Shown piece after piece: positions 62,070 through 64,000 of a DNA stretch of 64,000 nt. The stretch is taken from NCBI GenBank assembly GCA_951406725.2, contig OX597840.1, positions 21,886,001-21,950,000 of the forward strand, read 5' to 3'. Under the pieces are notes generated by a model, which saw nothing but the letters and a program-made list of their open reading frames with translations, did no database searches and was not told where the DNA came from. The DNA comes from Octopus vulgaris. Its lineage: Eukaryota. A program made the translations under genes and the position numbers. The number at the start of each line of letters is the position of its first letter. Positions within the stretch are counted from its first letter, which is position 1.

Positions 62070-63450
62070 TATGATGATGATGATGATGATAATGAATATG
62101 ATATTGACGATGACGACAACGGTGATGATGACGCTGACCATGATGACTATTGTTGTTTAGCCCCAGGCCAAGTTCTTGATATAGCAAAACCTGTAATCAA
62201 AGGTAGAGGCAATGATGAAATTGGATGTGGTGGTGGTGTTCCTGTTTAGCCCCAGGCAAGCTCTGATACAGCAGGCTTGTGATCAAAGTCATTGGTGGTG
62301 GTGGTGGTGGTGGTGGATGCAATATTGGTTGTGTTGGAGGGAGTGGAAAGATGGTGATGGTGGCGGCGGTGGTGGTGGTGGTGGTGGCGGCGGCGGTGTT
62401 GCTACTTCTGTTGCTGGTGGTGATGATGGTGGTGGTGATGATGGTGGTGATGATGGAGGTGGAGGTGGCGGTGGTGGTGGTGGTGGTGGTGGTGGTGGTG
62501 GTGGTGGTGGTGGTGGTGTTTAGCCCCGGGACAGCTTTGATATAGCAAACCTATGATTAACGTTGAAAGTACAAGAGAAAGTGGTATTGGTGTTGTTGTT
62601 GTTGTTGTTGTTGGGGTGGTGGTGGTGGCGGCGGCGGTGGTAACACTGGTATAGGTGGGGGAGATCTTGGTTCTGATGGAAATGTTGTTGTTGTTATTAT
62701 TGGTGGTGGTCACGGTGGGGATAGTCACAGTAGTAGTGATTGCTTTGGTGAAAGTGTGGCTTTTGTTTTAGGTGTTGTTGTTAGTGATGATTGTGGTGGT
62801 GGCGGTGGTGACGGTGGTGGTGATGTTAGTGGTTTTGACAGTGGTATTGGTGCTTGTTATGGTGATGATAGTGATGGGGGTGGTACTGGTTTTGGTAGTG
62901 ATGATGGTATTGATGCTTGTAATGGTGATAGTGGTGGTGGTGGTGATGGTGTTGGTGGGGGAGATGGTGGTGATGGTGGTTGTGGTGGTGGTGGGGATGA
63001 TGGTGGTGGTGGTGGTGGTGGTGATGGTGATGATGGTGGTGGTGGTGATGATGGTGGTGGTGGTGGTGGTGATGGTGGTGGTGGTGATGGTATTGATGCT
63101 TGTAATGGTGATAGTGGTGGTGGTAGTGGTGGTGGTGGGAGATGGTGGTGGTGGTGGTGATGGTGTTGGTGGGGGAGATGGTGGTGATGGTGGTGGTGGT
63201 GGTGGTGGTGTTGGTGATGGTGGGGTGGTGGTGGTGATGGTGATGATGGTGGTGGTGGTGATGATGGTGGTGGTGGTGATGGTATTGATGCTTGTAATGG
63301 TGATAGTGGTGGTGGTGGTGTTGGTCGTGGGAGATGGTGGTGGTGGTGGTGGTGATGGTGTTGGTGGGGGAGATGGTGATGATGATGGTGGTGGTGGTGG
63401 TGGTGGTATGATAGGGATGTTGGCTGTGGTCCCCCCCCCCCCCCCCGCAG
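62070..63450. repeat. (GGT)n/(GAT)n low-complexity tract with internal duplications
   Basis: ggtattgatgcttgtaatggtgatagtggt recurs three times; G-rich strand. Confidence 0.9.
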
Positions 63451-64000
63451 TTTTCATATAAATGAAAATGCACCAAAATTTGAGTGCAACGTCCACCTTG
63501 TAACTGAGAACAGCAACGCCACCTATTGGCTGTGTTTTTTTCTCTTTTTTTTTTTGATGTCCAATTAACGAAGAAAAGCTTTTGAAATAATAAAATCATT
63601 CATTAAGAGAGAAAATAAATTAAAAGGCAAAAAATGATTACTTATGTGATTTTTGGATGGTTTGCATGGGGTGGGTGATGGGGTGGACGTGAATTTAAGG
63701 GGTAGGGATTGGTAGAGCAGGGGACGGGGTATTACATGTGCGTGTATGTATATCATCATCATCGTTTAATGTCCGTTTTCCATGCTAGCATGGGTTAGCA
63801 TGGAAAAAAAAACGGACGTTAAACGATGATGATGATGATATACATACACGCACATATATATAAATAGAGAGAGAGAGAAAGAGAGGTAAATATATATATA
63901 TGTATGTATGCATGTATATATACATACATGTAAGCACATAACTATAAACTAAGGTGGAAGAAAATAGTACTCGAATACCAAAGGTAGAGCAATATGCTTT

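Noticed and set aside
62212-63599. Gly-, Val-, Thr- and His-rich ORFs in several frames
   Set aside because: (GGT)n/(GAT)n low complexity, open on both strands, no convincing splice context

Overview
Repeat-rich, AT-rich animal genomic DNA. The SINE, LINE and MITE families and the dense (CA)n/(TA)n/(TAA)n microsatellites point to an octopus; this is an inference, not a database result. Three spliced genes can be assembled by hand with GT-AG introns and consistent phases. TMTC3 lies on the minus strand (13 coding exons, 14754 down to 1182, 3' end outside the window). ZSWIM2 lies on the plus strand (12 coding exons, 21301-37627, about 624 aa, SWIM-RING-ZZ-RING). MBIP lies on the plus strand (9 coding exons, 40592-49826, about 343 aa). 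Introns and intergenic DNA hold mariner/Tc1, piggyBac, hAT-like, Helitron/Helentron, RTE, CR1/L2-like, RLE-type and SINE remnants. The most notable signals are: (1) minimal type-I hammerhead ribozyme motifs in microsatellite-embedded, fold-back (Penelope-like) remnants, whose core 3:8 pair occurs as G3:C8, U3:A8 and C3:G8; (2) a minisatellite built from the ZSWIM2 exon 6 splice donor, giving an array of decoy 5' splice sites; (3) several long near-perfect hairpins; (4) a TIR-intact deleted piggyBac lying antisense in the probable MBIP 3' UTR. Most ORFs in the supplied track are microsatellite or repeat artefacts.
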